DNA from: an uncultured Kistimonas sp.
Lineage (GTDB): Bacteria > Pseudomonadota > Gammaproteobacteria > Pseudomonadales > Endozoicomonadaceae
DNA: 40,000 nucleotides
Direction: 5' to 3'
Assembly: GCA_964291485.2 (NCBI GenBank)
Contig: OZ220224.1
Span: forward strand, 2,966,188 to 3,006,187
The notes below the pieces were generated by a model. The model was given only the letters and a program-made list of their open reading frames with translations. It was not told where the DNA came from and made no database searches. The position numbers were made by a program, and so were the translations under genes. Below, in pieces: positions 24,567 through 34,526 of the stretch. How positions within the stretch are numbered: the first letter of the stretch is position 1; every line of letters begins with the position of its first letter.

Positions 24567-24643
24567 TGGTCGGAGCGAGAGGATTCGAACCTCCGACCCC
24601 CACAACCCCATTGTGGTGCGCTACCAGGCTGCGCTACGCTCCG
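24567..24643 (-). tRNA. tRNA-Pro (anticodon GGG), second identical copy
   Basis: 77/77 identical to 3840..3916, with the same cloverleaf. Confidence 0.95.
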
Positions 24644-24742
24644 ACACTACCGCGAGGCTTGCCCTCACGACGGGTGCGAATCATACCCAAACCACCGTCC
24701 CGAGGCAACCGCGATTCGCACATTCCCTGCCGGTTTTAGCGG

Positions 24743-25528
24743 CTATTCTTCCTCCAGCCGATCGCATTGTGTGGTCCGTGTTTCCGTGATGGCTTCCAGC
24801 GCCCCTTGCCAGAGATCCATGCGCGCCGACATCGCCTGGCGCGCCATCACCAGCGCCCGGTCCATGCCGTCTTCCGTCCCCTGGGTCAGCAGCCGCAGGA
24901 TCGCTGCTGCCGCCGGGCCGTGCTCGTCGCCGTCCAGCTCGATATGGCGCTCCAGGTACCACATCATGCCCGGAATGGTGGCCTGCTCAATGCCCCACTG
25001 CGCCAGCAGCGCGGAGAACATCTCCGGAATGGCATCCTCCCGTCCGAACAGGAAATAACTGGCCACATCCGCACTGCAGCCTTCAATGGCCACGGTCAGG
25101 GTATCCGTCACGAACGCGCGCACATGCGCCGGTATGCCGTGGCCATGAATGGCGGCCTGCCAGGGCACGCCGTTTTGCAGTGCCTCGAGGAAGGCCTCGA
25201 AGACGGACGTGTCCGCACCGATCTCACGCATGGCATCCAGGTACATGGCCAGGTGGCTGGTCGGGTGGCCGTGACGGTCTTTGTCGGTTTCTTCGCAGAG
25301 GATGATCTCGTTGATAAACCGCGCCGCATTGGCATCCACCGGTGTGCGCCAGGGCAGTGTCATACCGGTCAGGTCATGCTGCAGGCGCTTGGCCAGCGAC
25401 ATGAAATCCCACACCGCAAACACATGGGTTTCCATGAATGTCGCCAGTTTCGCCCGGGTATCAATGCCTTCGTACAGCGGGTGAGAAAACAGCCGTTGCC
25501 GGTAGTGTGCCAGTTCCTTTTCAAACAT
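24743..25528 (-). CDS. DUF3050 family protein (heme-oxygenase-like fold)
   Basis: HPLYEGI...LATFMETHVFAVWDFMSLAKRLQ matches my recollection of the DUF3050 signature. The gene is very GC-rich and has a long spurious antisense ORF. Confidence 0.7.
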   Translation of the reverse strand: MFEKELAHYRQRLFSHPLYEGIDTRAKLATFMETHVFAVWDFMSLAKRLQHDLTGMTLPWRTPVDANAARFINEIILCEETDKDRHGHPTSHLAMYLDAMREIGADTSVFEAFLEALQNGVPWQAAIHGHGIPAHVRAFVTDTLTVAIEGCSADVASYFLFGREDAIPEMFSALLAQWGIEQATIPGMMWYLERHIELDGDEHGPAAAAILRLLTQGTEDGMDRALVMARQAMSARMDLWQGALEAITETRTTQCDRLEEE

Positions 25529-25830
25529 GTTGCGTCCGTCCTTGTTGGCCCCAGTGGTTGTTCACTGCGGTTACTATCGACGGTGTCCCTGTCTCTCATG
25601 AGCGGCAGTTGCAGCCAATTTTTTTACATCTTTTTTATCAAGGTGTTAGCGCGAATCATGCTGTCGGGTCACGTCCTTGTTTTGACGCTGGCTGATAAGA
25701 AGCATGGCAACGTGCGTCAGACTGCCGGGAAAGAAAACGCGGGCAAAAAAATAGCGACAGACGCTGGAACGCCTATCGCTATTGTCTTACGCCAACCCAA
25801 ACCGTGCTAAGGCTGGTGTCATTCTATCCG

Positions 25831-28629
25831 TCAGAAATCGTAACGGATCTTGGCCTGCAGACTGTCTGACTTAAAGCCTGATGCCCACCGGTGCTCGTAA
25901 TTCAACGAGAGGCTCAGGTGATCATCGGTCCAGTAATCAAAACCCACACCCGCCATATACGAGGTCTGCTCGGGATCAACACCGATAGAACGCAGTGTCA
26001 GCGACTGGTTGAACACTTCCGCGGTCAAGGTGGAGTCCACGGAATCCCCGGCGAAATCGTGGTACACCATAAAGCTCGCTTCGGGCAGCAGGATGCCACC
26101 GTCCAGGTCCAGCAAATGACTCAGCCGTACCCCGGCGCCCAATTCCTGGACATTGAAGTCATCGGACTTAACCCGAACCGGGTTGGAGCCATCACTGAAT
26201 GTCTGGGTGTAAGATTCCGTTTCCAGCTGGCTGTATTCCAGGCTGACCCGGGGTTCAACCAGCGTATCGCTGTTATTGAACCAGAGTTCCTTACCGCCGG
26301 TGACCAGCAGCCCGTATTGCTTGCTGCTGTAGTCCGCGGAGCCTTTCACACTGCCGGTGTAGCTGGTGCTGTCGGTATTGTTGAGACCAACATTCAGCAC
26401 CGAGTCAACAAACCAGTCACCTCCCTGCCAGTTGCTGTAGAGACTGACCTGGTAACTTTCGATATCACTGCTGGACGAAGAATTTTTAACATTCACATCC
26501 GCCGACGCATAACTGAATGAACTGCCCACGGTGTAGGTATCGTTCAGGTCGATATCGCCACCGAGGCTGAAGCCGGACAAACGACTCTTGTAGCCGTTAA
26601 AGCTCACCCCGTTGCTGCTTTGACGCCCCTGGTCCGCTTCGGACGCGATGGCCTTGAGCCAGACACCGCCTTCCTCAACCAGGTCACCGGCCGCGACACC
26701 GGAACGGCCACCGTTACGCAGGCTGGCCAGGTGGGCCAGCACGTTGCTGAACACCTCACCCTGCATCTGTTCCGTGGCAGCGATGACCGCAGCCAGGGCG
26801 CTGGTATCAGTATTCGGATATTGCTGCTTGAGGTAATCCACCAACCCATCGACATCGGAAATCGCCAGCAGCTGTTCATTCTCGATAAAATCAGCGGCGG
26901 CGCCCTGCTCAAGGTTGCCGAGGTAGCTTTCCAGGAATCCCGCCACCAGCGTGACAGTCGCATCATTGGTGCTTGCTTCTACCGCGCTGCTCAGGTCCGT
27001 TGTGGACACGGTGACATCAATATTAGTGCCATCGCTGGCCCCGGCATCCACCGCCGTATAGAGAATGGAAGAAGACGCTATCGTCGGTGTACCCGTGATG
27101 CCGCCTACGGCACTCAGTACCCGGTACTGTTCGGTGTCGCCATACGCAAAATCGCCGCGATAATCGGGGGTTACCAGGAGAGAAGAGCCATCTTCAAAGG
27201 TTGCTTTGGGAGTCGTGACGGTGACCAGCTCAAAGCTTTTATCATCGCCCTTTCTGATAACTTGAGACTCTAGTGAAAGTCTGGCGGTTGGGCTTTGATT
27301 CTGAAGGTGATTCTCAGACCCCAGAGCCACAGCCAGCGCCCCCTGCTGGTTCAGGTCGATTTGGTAAGATACATTACCACCCGCCCCAATCTGTAAACGC
27401 CCCGTATCAGTAATCGTCAGTGCACTTGCTGTAGCATCTGCGATGAATGCGTCATACTCAGCCTCTGAGTTGTAGTCAACGTATAGAACACCACTAATAT
27501 TTGTGTAATAGGGCTGAACTCCGAGAATATTACCAGTTAGTTCCACATCCCCTGTGACTCGCATTGTTTTGGCTGCCTCAACATCCCCATTCAGCTGTCC
27601 ACCTGCAAGAATAAAGGTATTATCTGTACCGCTGAAGCTGGTTGTTCCAGTAATGGTGCCGGTGTTGATGAATGTATGAGAACCACCTTCAAACCGGACC
27701 GCCGCATCAGTAGCAGATGACACACTGCCACTATTGGTGACTGTTCCAACCGTACCTACAGCATCACTTCGGATATACAGGCCATGATCCTGCTGAGCAA
27801 TCAGTGTTCCGGAATTCAGCACATCACCAATCGTCCCTCTATAGGCAAAAACATAAAGTGCATCGTCTGTAGCACTGATTGTTCCTGTGTTGGTCACATT
27901 ACCAATTTGCGCTGTACCTGTATCTTGTGAGTAATTTGCGTGAACAACTAGCCCCCAGTCGCCAGCCTGAATATCACCACTATTAGTGACTGATCCAACA
28001 GAGCTATTCTCTCTTGCAAAAATAACCATGGCATCATCGTCATCACCGCTCTGTATAGAGCCAGTGTTTACCACGCTTTCAACGCTGCTCGTACCATACA
28101 GACTGATAATCATGCCGCGGGAATCTGAGGACTGAATCGTGTTACGGTTTTCAACAATACCGACCTGACCATTGCCTCCAAGCGTTACATCAATACCGTT
28201 ATCTTCTGTTTGGATGTTACCGGCATTAATAATATTCCCAATAATGCCCATTGCCCGCTGATCATAGTCGCCCATCTCAATCCCTACATCAGCAGAAATA
28301 ATTGAGCCACTATTGAGGATGTTACCAACATTAGGTTCGCTACCTGGAAACGGATCACTGGCATCAATAATAAGAGCGGCACTACCACTGCTATCCTGGA
28401 TAGTCCCTTCAACAGTCACATTGCCAACACGACCATCGCCATCAGGTGTCGCACTCACAGTCACCGCTGTACAGGTTTCCCCCTGCCCGGTACTGATGGC
28501 AACATCACCACCTTCAGAAGCAGGACTTCCCGAGCATTGAGCGGCGGATGCGTTAGAAACAGACAGGGAGGTAACAGCGGCGATGGCGAGGCTCAATAAA
28601 GAGCGATTAAAACCTTTCTTTACAGTCAT
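25831..28629 (-). CDS. type Va autotransporter (beta-helical passenger + C-terminal beta-barrel)
   Basis: The ATG at 28629 gives signal peptide MTVKKGFNRSLLSLAIAAVTSLSVSNASA. Passenger rungs are repeated (VTNSGDIQAGD, VTNTGTISATDD, VLNSGTLIAQQD...). The C-terminal ~270 aa have alternating beta-strand character and end in KIRYDF. Confidence 0.85.
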   Translation of the reverse strand: MTVKKGFNRSLLSLAIAAVTSLSVSNASAAQCSGSPASEGGDVAISTGQGETCTAVTVSATPDGDGRVGNVTVEGTIQDSSGSAALIIDASDPFPGSEPNVGNILNSGSIISADVGIEMGDYDQRAMGIIGNIINAGNIQTEDNGIDVTLGGNGQVGIVENRNTIQSSDSRGMIISLYGTSSVESVVNTGSIQSGDDDDAMVIFARENSSVGSVTNSGDIQAGDWGLVVHANYSQDTGTAQIGNVTNTGTISATDDALYVFAYRGTIGDVLNSGTLIAQQDHGLYIRSDAVGTVGTVTNSGSVSSATDAAVRFEGGSHTFINTGTITGTTSFSGTDNTFILAGGQLNGDVEAAKTMRVTGDVELTGNILGVQPYYTNISGVLYVDYNSEAEYDAFIADATASALTITDTGRLQIGAGGNVSYQIDLNQQGALAVALGSENHLQNQSPTARLSLESQVIRKGDDKSFELVTVTTPKATFEDGSSLLVTPDYRGDFAYGDTEQYRVLSAVGGITGTPTIASSSILYTAVDAGASDGTNIDVTVSTTDLSSAVEASTNDATVTLVAGFLESYLGNLEQGAAADFIENEQLLAISDVDGLVDYLKQQYPNTDTSALAAVIAATEQMQGEVFSNVLAHLASLRNGGRSGVAAGDLVEEGGVWLKAIASEADQGRQSSNGVSFNGYKSRLSGFSLGGDIDLNDTYTVGSSFSYASADVNVKNSSSSSDIESYQVSLYSNWQGGDWFVDSVLNVGLNNTDSTSYTGSVKGSADYSSKQYGLLVTGGKELWFNNSDTLVEPRVSLEYSQLETESYTQTFSDGSNPVRVKSDDFNVQELGAGVRLSHLLDLDGGILLPEASFMVYHDFAGDSVDSTLTAEVFNQSLTLRSIGVDPEQTSYMAGVGFDYWTDDHLSLSLNYEHRWASGFKSDSLQAKIRYDF

Positions 28630-28801
28630 AATACGCACTTCTTTCTTTTTATTGACACTGTCGTCCGAGTATATAGAAAGGTCTGAGCACGCATCAAACG
28701 AATATTACGTTTAATTACGTAAGCCATTGATGCAAGGCAATGAAGTTTATCGGAGCCTGTTTCCACAACGGAAACAAACTCCGCCTCAATGTAAAGAAAA
28801 G

Positions 28802-30055
28802 TTAAACAGGTTTCCCCATCGCATGATCCAGTCCCATGCGAAAACGGCACGGCATGTAGAGACCGGACAGCCCCGCCAGCACTGCGGCCAACCCTAACAA
28901 CAGCACCGGCGCCTGCAGGAAACCCTGTCCGCACAACAGCTCCATCACATACGGTGACGCACCACCAAACAGGGAAATCCCCAGGTTATGACTGATTGCG
29001 AGACCGGAATAACGCACCGGGGTATCAAACAATTCCGTGATCGCAGCCTGGTAGCAGCCGTTAATCAATGCCGCAGGGAGTACCGTCAACATCAGCAGCA
29101 CCCAGAAGCGCCCATCCAGCAGGCAGTGAATCGCCGGCACCATGCACAACAACAACACCGCACAACCGGTGAGAATGACACGCCGTCGCCCGATCCGATC
29201 CGACACCACGCCCGCGCAGAAACTGCCTGCCGCCAGCAGCAACATGGCTGTTGTCGTAAATCCGTAGGCGCTCAGGTGACTGTAATGCAGATGCTGGGCA
29301 ATCATGGACGGCAGGAACAGACAGAAGGCCGACACCGTACCCGCAATGGAGACCAAGCCGATAGCGATCAGCAGGTTGCGCCGGTTATGACGCCATAATG
29401 CCAGGAACGGCACCTTCGCAATTTCACCCCGCTCCACAATGGCCATAAACAGCGGCGTTTCGGCAATGTGTCGTCGTGCCACATAACCGGCCACCCCCAG
29501 TGCTCCACCGGCAAAGAACGGCAGACGCCAGCCCCACTGTTGAATCTCCGCTTCCGTCAGTGTCGCGGCAATCAGCATCGCGGCCACGCCGGCCAGCACA
29601 TGCCCTAGCGTGGCCGAAGTGATAATGGAAGCCGTTACCAACCCACGCTGATTCGGCGGCACCTGTTCGGCCGCATAAATGATGGAACCCGGCAGCTCCC
29701 CACCCACCGACAATCCCTGGATAATCCGAAACAACACCAGCAGCGCCGGCGCCAAACCGCCCACCAGCGCATAACCCGGCAGCAACCCGATCCCCAGGGT
29801 CGCCAGAGACATCAGTAAAATCGATAACCGGAACAATCGTTTGCGGCCAATTCGGTCGCCAAAATGACTGAACAGCAATCCACCAAGCGGACGGGTCAGA
29901 TAGCCGAGGGCGAAAATCGCGAAAATCCACAGACGACTGCCTTCTTCCCCGGGTATGAATACACGGGTCAGTACATCCGCAAACAGGAACAGAATGGCAA
30001 AATCAAAGAATTCCAGGACTGCGCCTACGCAGGTAATCAGCAACAATTGCCGCAC
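28802..30055 (-). CDS. MFS transporter, metabolite:H+ symporter (ProP/KgtP-like) family
   Basis: About 12 hydrophobic segments. EFFDFAI at the N-terminus and GGLLFSHFGDRIGRKR (MFS motif A). Confidence 0.8.
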   Translation of the reverse strand: MRQLLLITCVGAVLEFFDFAILFLFADVLTRVFIPGEEGSRLWIFAIFALGYLTRPLGGLLFSHFGDRIGRKRLFRLSILLMSLATLGIGLLPGYALVGGLAPALLVLFRIIQGLSVGGELPGSIIYAAEQVPPNQRGLVTASIITSATLGHVLAGVAAMLIAATLTEAEIQQWGWRLPFFAGGALGVAGYVARRHIAETPLFMAIVERGEIAKVPFLALWRHNRRNLLIAIGLVSIAGTVSAFCLFLPSMIAQHLHYSHLSAYGFTTTAMLLLAAGSFCAGVVSDRIGRRRVILTGCAVLLLCMVPAIHCLLDGRFWVLLMLTVLPAALINGCYQAAITELFDTPVRYSGLAISHNLGISLFGGASPYVMELLCGQGFLQAPVLLLGLAAVLAGLSGLYMPCRFRMGLDHAMGKPV

Positions 30056-30196
30056 ATCAGGCTCCAGAGGTCAGTGAAGTCAGTGCGGGAAATATAGAGC
30101 AGCTTTTAAAAACTGTGGTGGGAGACAGCCAAAAACAGGAAAAAACGGCTATGGATCGTTAAAAACCCAATAGACAGATAAAAAGAAGAAAACGCC

Positions 30197-30571
30197 TTAA
30201 CGGGATTTCAGCACATCCAGCACATCATCCAGCTCGGCCTTCATCTGTTTCACCAGCTGCCGGAACTGGCTGGCATCCTGGCCTTCCTCTTCGCCGGATA
30301 ACCGGGCGCGGGCGCCGGGGATGGTATAACCCTGTTCATAGAGAAGACTGCGGATCTGTCGGATGGTGAGCACATCCTGACGCATATAATAACGGCGGTT
30401 GCCACGGCGCTTGACCGGCTTGAGCTGGGGAAACTCCTGCTCCCAGTAACGCAGCACGTGGTTCTTTACATCGCAAAGCTGGCTGACCTCACTGATGGTG
30501 AAGTAGCGCTTGCCGGGAATGGGAGGAAGGGAACCTTCCCCTTCCTCAGTTGCTGGTATCGCTTCCTGCAT
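30197..30571 (-). CDS. MerR family transcriptional regulator
   Basis: [25 protein letters not shown]...RRGNRRYY (MerR HTH). The start overlaps the ihfA 3' end by 26 nt. Confidence 0.8.
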   Translation of the reverse strand: MQEAIPATEEGEGSLPPIPGKRYFTISEVSQLCDVKNHVLRYWEQEFPQLKPVKRRGNRRYYMRQDVLTIRQIRSLLYEQGYTIPGARARLSGEEEGQDASQFRQLVKQMKAELDDVLDVLKSR

Positions 30572-30854
30572 AGGCCTCTACTCTCGCCCTGAGTTTCTGG
30601 CCGGGTTTGAATGTCACCACCCGCCGGGGAGTGATGGGGATTTCTTCACCCGTTTTCGGGTTGCGGCCGGGGCGCTCACCTTTGTCGCGCAGGTCAAAAT
30701 TGCCGAAACCGGACAGTTTGACCTGTTCATTCTCGATCAGAGCCTGGCGGATTTCCTCAAAAAACTGCTCCACCAGGTCCTTGGCCTCGCGTTTGTTGAA
30801 GCCGAGCTCTTCGTGAAGATAATCGGCTATTTCCGCCTTGGTCAGCGCCCCCAT
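30546..30854 (-). CDS. ihfA: integration host factor subunit alpha
   Basis: [13 protein letters not shown]...[40 protein letters not shown]. Located directly downstream of pheT. Confidence 0.95.
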   Translation of the reverse strand: MGALTKAEIADYLHEELGFNKREAKDLVEQFFEEIRQALIENEQVKLSGFGNFDLRDKGERPGRNPKTGEEIPITPRRVVTFKPGQKLRARVEAYAGSDTSN

Positions 30855-30857
30855 CCC

Positions 30858-33236
30858 TTACTTCCTCAGTGTTGCCTTAACCCCGTTCTCCAGTGCACTG
30901 ACGACACTGGCAAATAACGCGTTAATCTCATCATCCTTAAATGTGCGGGAAGGATGTTGCAAGGTCAACCCCAGGGCCAGGCTTTTTTGCCCTTCAGGGA
31001 CACCCTGACCGGTGTAAACATCGAACACCGTCACAGTTTTCAGCCATTCGCCGGCTTGCTCACGGATAATCTGCTCAATGTCGCCCGCCGGAACCGACTG
31101 GTCAACGATCAACGCCATATCACGACGCACTTCCGGGAACTTGGACAGCGCCTGGTATTCGGTGACACGCCCCTGCTCAACGGCAGCCACATTCACTTCG
31201 AACAGGTAGGCAGGGCCGTTCAGATCCATCAGCTTGACCAGTGACGGATGCAGTGCACCCACCACACCAACCACTTCGCCATCGCGCAGCACTTCGGCAC
31301 ACTGGCCGGGGTGCATGTTGGCACGGCGGGCAGTGCGGAAAGACCAGGCACGGTCATCGCCACCTAACGCCAGCAGGGCTTCCAGGTCACCCTTGATGTC
31401 GTAGAAATCGACGGGTGCGTTATTACCGGTCCAGCCTTCCGGCTCGCGGGAACCGGTAATGACACCGGCCAGCCACAATTCCTGCGCCAGCTCACCGTTT
31501 TTGGTGACGAAGGTCTGGCCGGATTCAAACAGGCGAACACGCTGCTGTTGGCGGTTCTGGTTGTACTGCACAGTTTTCACCAGACCCGGCAGCAGGCTGG
31601 TGCGCATGACGGACATTTCACTGGAAATCGGGTTGGACAGTGCCACCGGCTCCAGTTCGGGTTCAAATGCCTTGTGCAGTGCAGGGTCGATAAAACTGAA
31701 GTTAATCGCTTCCTGGTAACCACGGGCCACCAGTACACGACGCATGACTTCAATACCCTTGCGGCCTTCGTCGATCTGCTTCAGCTGTACACGGGCTACC
31801 GGGGTAGTTTCCGGCAGGTTGTTGTAGCCGTAGATGCGACCCAGTTCTTCGACCAGGTCTTCTTCGATGCTGATATCGAAACGCCAGCTGGGAACAGCGA
31901 CTGTCCAGGTGCCTTCACCGGTGGCGGTCAGGCTCAGACCCAGGCGGCTCAGCAGGGCTTCGATATGGGCATTCTCAATGGCCACGCCCAGCAGGGATTC
32001 CACTTTCTCAGCGCGCAGGCTGACCTGCTTGAGGGTCGGCAGATCCGCTTCGCTGGCCACTTCAGAGACCGGGCCGGGCTTGCCGCCGCAGATTTCCAGG
32101 ATCAGCTGGGTCGCACGCTCAACGCCCTTACGCTGCAACTGGAAATCCACGCCACGCTCAAAGCGGTGGGAGGAATCCGTGTGCAGGCCGTAGGAACGGG
32201 CCTTGCCGGCGATGGTGATCGGATTGAAGAACGCGCTTTCCAGGAAGATGTTGCGGGTCTCAGTAGTGACACCGGTATTCTCGCCACCCATCACACCGGC
32301 AATGGCCAGCGCCTTGCTCTCGTCGGCAATAACCAGGGTGTCGTTGGTCAGCTTCACTTCGGAACCATCCAGCAGTGTCAGCGGCTCATCCACTTCCGCC
32401 ATACGTACGCGGATGGAACCGGACAGCGTGTCCAGGTCAAAACCGTGCATGGGCTGGCCCAGCTCGATCATCACATAGTTGGTGACATCCACCACCGGGT
32501 CGATGGAACGGATGCCCGCGCGGCGCAGACGCTCACTCAGCCACAGCGGGGTTTCAGCCGCAACATTCACATCACGGATCACCCGGCCCACGTAACGGGG
32601 GCAGGCAGCCGGTGCTTCCAGTTTCACCGGGAAGGTGTCATCGATCTGCGGTGCACATTCAGCCACTTCCGGCTCGCAGACATCGGCCAGGTAGTTGGCG
32701 CTGACCTCACGGGCGAGACCGGCAATGCTCAGGCAATCGCCCCGGTTGGGGGTCAGGTCCACATCGATGATGGCATCGTTCAGGTTCAGGTATTCGCGAA
32801 TATCCTGACCCACTGGCGCATCCGCAGGCAGCTCCATCAGGCCATCGGACGGAATGTCCATACCCATTTCTTCACCAGCGCACAGCATGCCGAAAGATTC
32901 CACGCCACGGAGCTTGGCTTTCTTGATCTTGAAGTTGCCGGGCAGTACCGCACCGATAGTGGCAAACGGCGCCTTCAAACCGATACGTGCGTTAGGCGCA
33001 CCACAAACCACCTGGAACTCCTCGCTGCCGGTGGACACGCGGGTCACGCGCAGCTTGTCCGCATCCGGGTGCTGTTCACAGGCGACGATTTCGCCGACCA
33101 CGATACCGGTAAACTCACCGGCCACTGCTTCAACGCCGTCCACTTCCAGTCCGGCCATGGTGATCTTGGCCGCCAGCTCGTCGGTACTTGCTTCAGGGTT
33201 CACCCACTGGCGCAACCACTGTTCACTGAATTTCAT
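30858..33236 (-). CDS. pheT: phenylalanine--tRNA ligase beta subunit
   Basis: 792 aa. MKFSEQWLRQWVNP, the tRNA-binding domain (HPDADKLRVTRV), and B3/4 and B5 regions. Located downstream of pheS. Confidence 0.95.
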   Translation of the reverse strand: MKFSEQWLRQWVNPEASTDELAAKITMAGLEVDGVEAVAGEFTGIVVGEIVACEQHPDADKLRVTRVSTGSEEFQVVCGAPNARIGLKAPFATIGAVLPGNFKIKKAKLRGVESFGMLCAGEEMGMDIPSDGLMELPADAPVGQDIREYLNLNDAIIDVDLTPNRGDCLSIAGLAREVSANYLADVCEPEVAECAPQIDDTFPVKLEAPAACPRYVGRVIRDVNVAAETPLWLSERLRRAGIRSIDPVVDVTNYVMIELGQPMHGFDLDTLSGSIRVRMAEVDEPLTLLDGSEVKLTNDTLVIADESKALAIAGVMGGENTGVTTETRNIFLESAFFNPITIAGKARSYGLHTDSSHRFERGVDFQLQRKGVERATQLILEICGGKPGPVSEVASEADLPTLKQVSLRAEKVESLLGVAIENAHIEALLSRLGLSLTATGEGTWTVAVPSWRFDISIEEDLVEELGRIYGYNNLPETTPVARVQLKQIDEGRKGIEVMRRVLVARGYQEAINFSFIDPALHKAFEPELEPVALSNPISSEMSVMRTSLLPGLVKTVQYNQNRQQQRVRLFESGQTFVTKNGELAQELWLAGVITGSREPEGWTGNNAPVDFYDIKGDLEALLALGGDDRAWSFRTARRANMHPGQCAEVLRDGEVVGVVGALHPSLVKLMDLNGPAYLFEVNVAAVEQGRVTEYQALSKFPEVRRDMALIVDQSVPAGDIEQIIREQAGEWLKTVTVFDVYTGQGVPEGQKSLALGLTLQHPSRTFKDDEINALFASVVSALENGVKATLRK

Positions 33237-33329
33237 GCTTTGTTCGTCCTCATCGCCTGACGGTGTTTTGCGGCCGTCAGGACAAGCTCAAATACTGTCA
33301 AATCCCGCCCTTTCGTGTAGGAAAGGTGA

Positions 33330-34382
<1,053 letters not shown>

Positions 34383-34482
34383 TTACCGGCAATGCCGGGA
34401 CTTGAACAGCGACACACTGACAACCACGAACAATGATCTAACCACCGAAAAGTCACCAAAGGAAACCTGACAAGCAACCCAA

Positions 34483-34505
34483 TAAAAAACCCGCCTAAGC
34501 GGGTT
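34483..34505 (-). terminator. rho-independent terminator of the 34527..36071 gene
   Basis: Minus strand: ACCCGC-TTAG-GCGGGT followed by TTTTTTATT. Confidence 0.8.
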
Positions 34506-34526
34506 CATATCAACAGTCACAGGACA

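Noticed and set aside
24767-25810. 347-aa plus-strand ORF overlapping the DUF3050 gene
   Set aside because: This is an antisense shadow ORF of a very GC-rich gene. It has an R/H/P/G-rich nonsense-like sequence and no motif.
29424-29930. 168-aa minus-strand ORF and the 136-aa plus-strand ORF 28988..29398 inside the MFS gene
   Set aside because: These are alternative-frame or antisense ORFs within a well-supported 12-TM transporter gene. Their G/R/A-rich sequences are typical of out-of-frame translation.
31548-33260. 570-aa plus-strand ORF, with smaller ones at 30954..31244, 31834..32193 and 32854..33396
   Set aside because: It is entirely antisense to pheT. Its composition is the low-complexity G/A/R/H/Q-rich type typical of the shadow frame of a GC-rich gene, and pheT on the minus strand is unambiguous.
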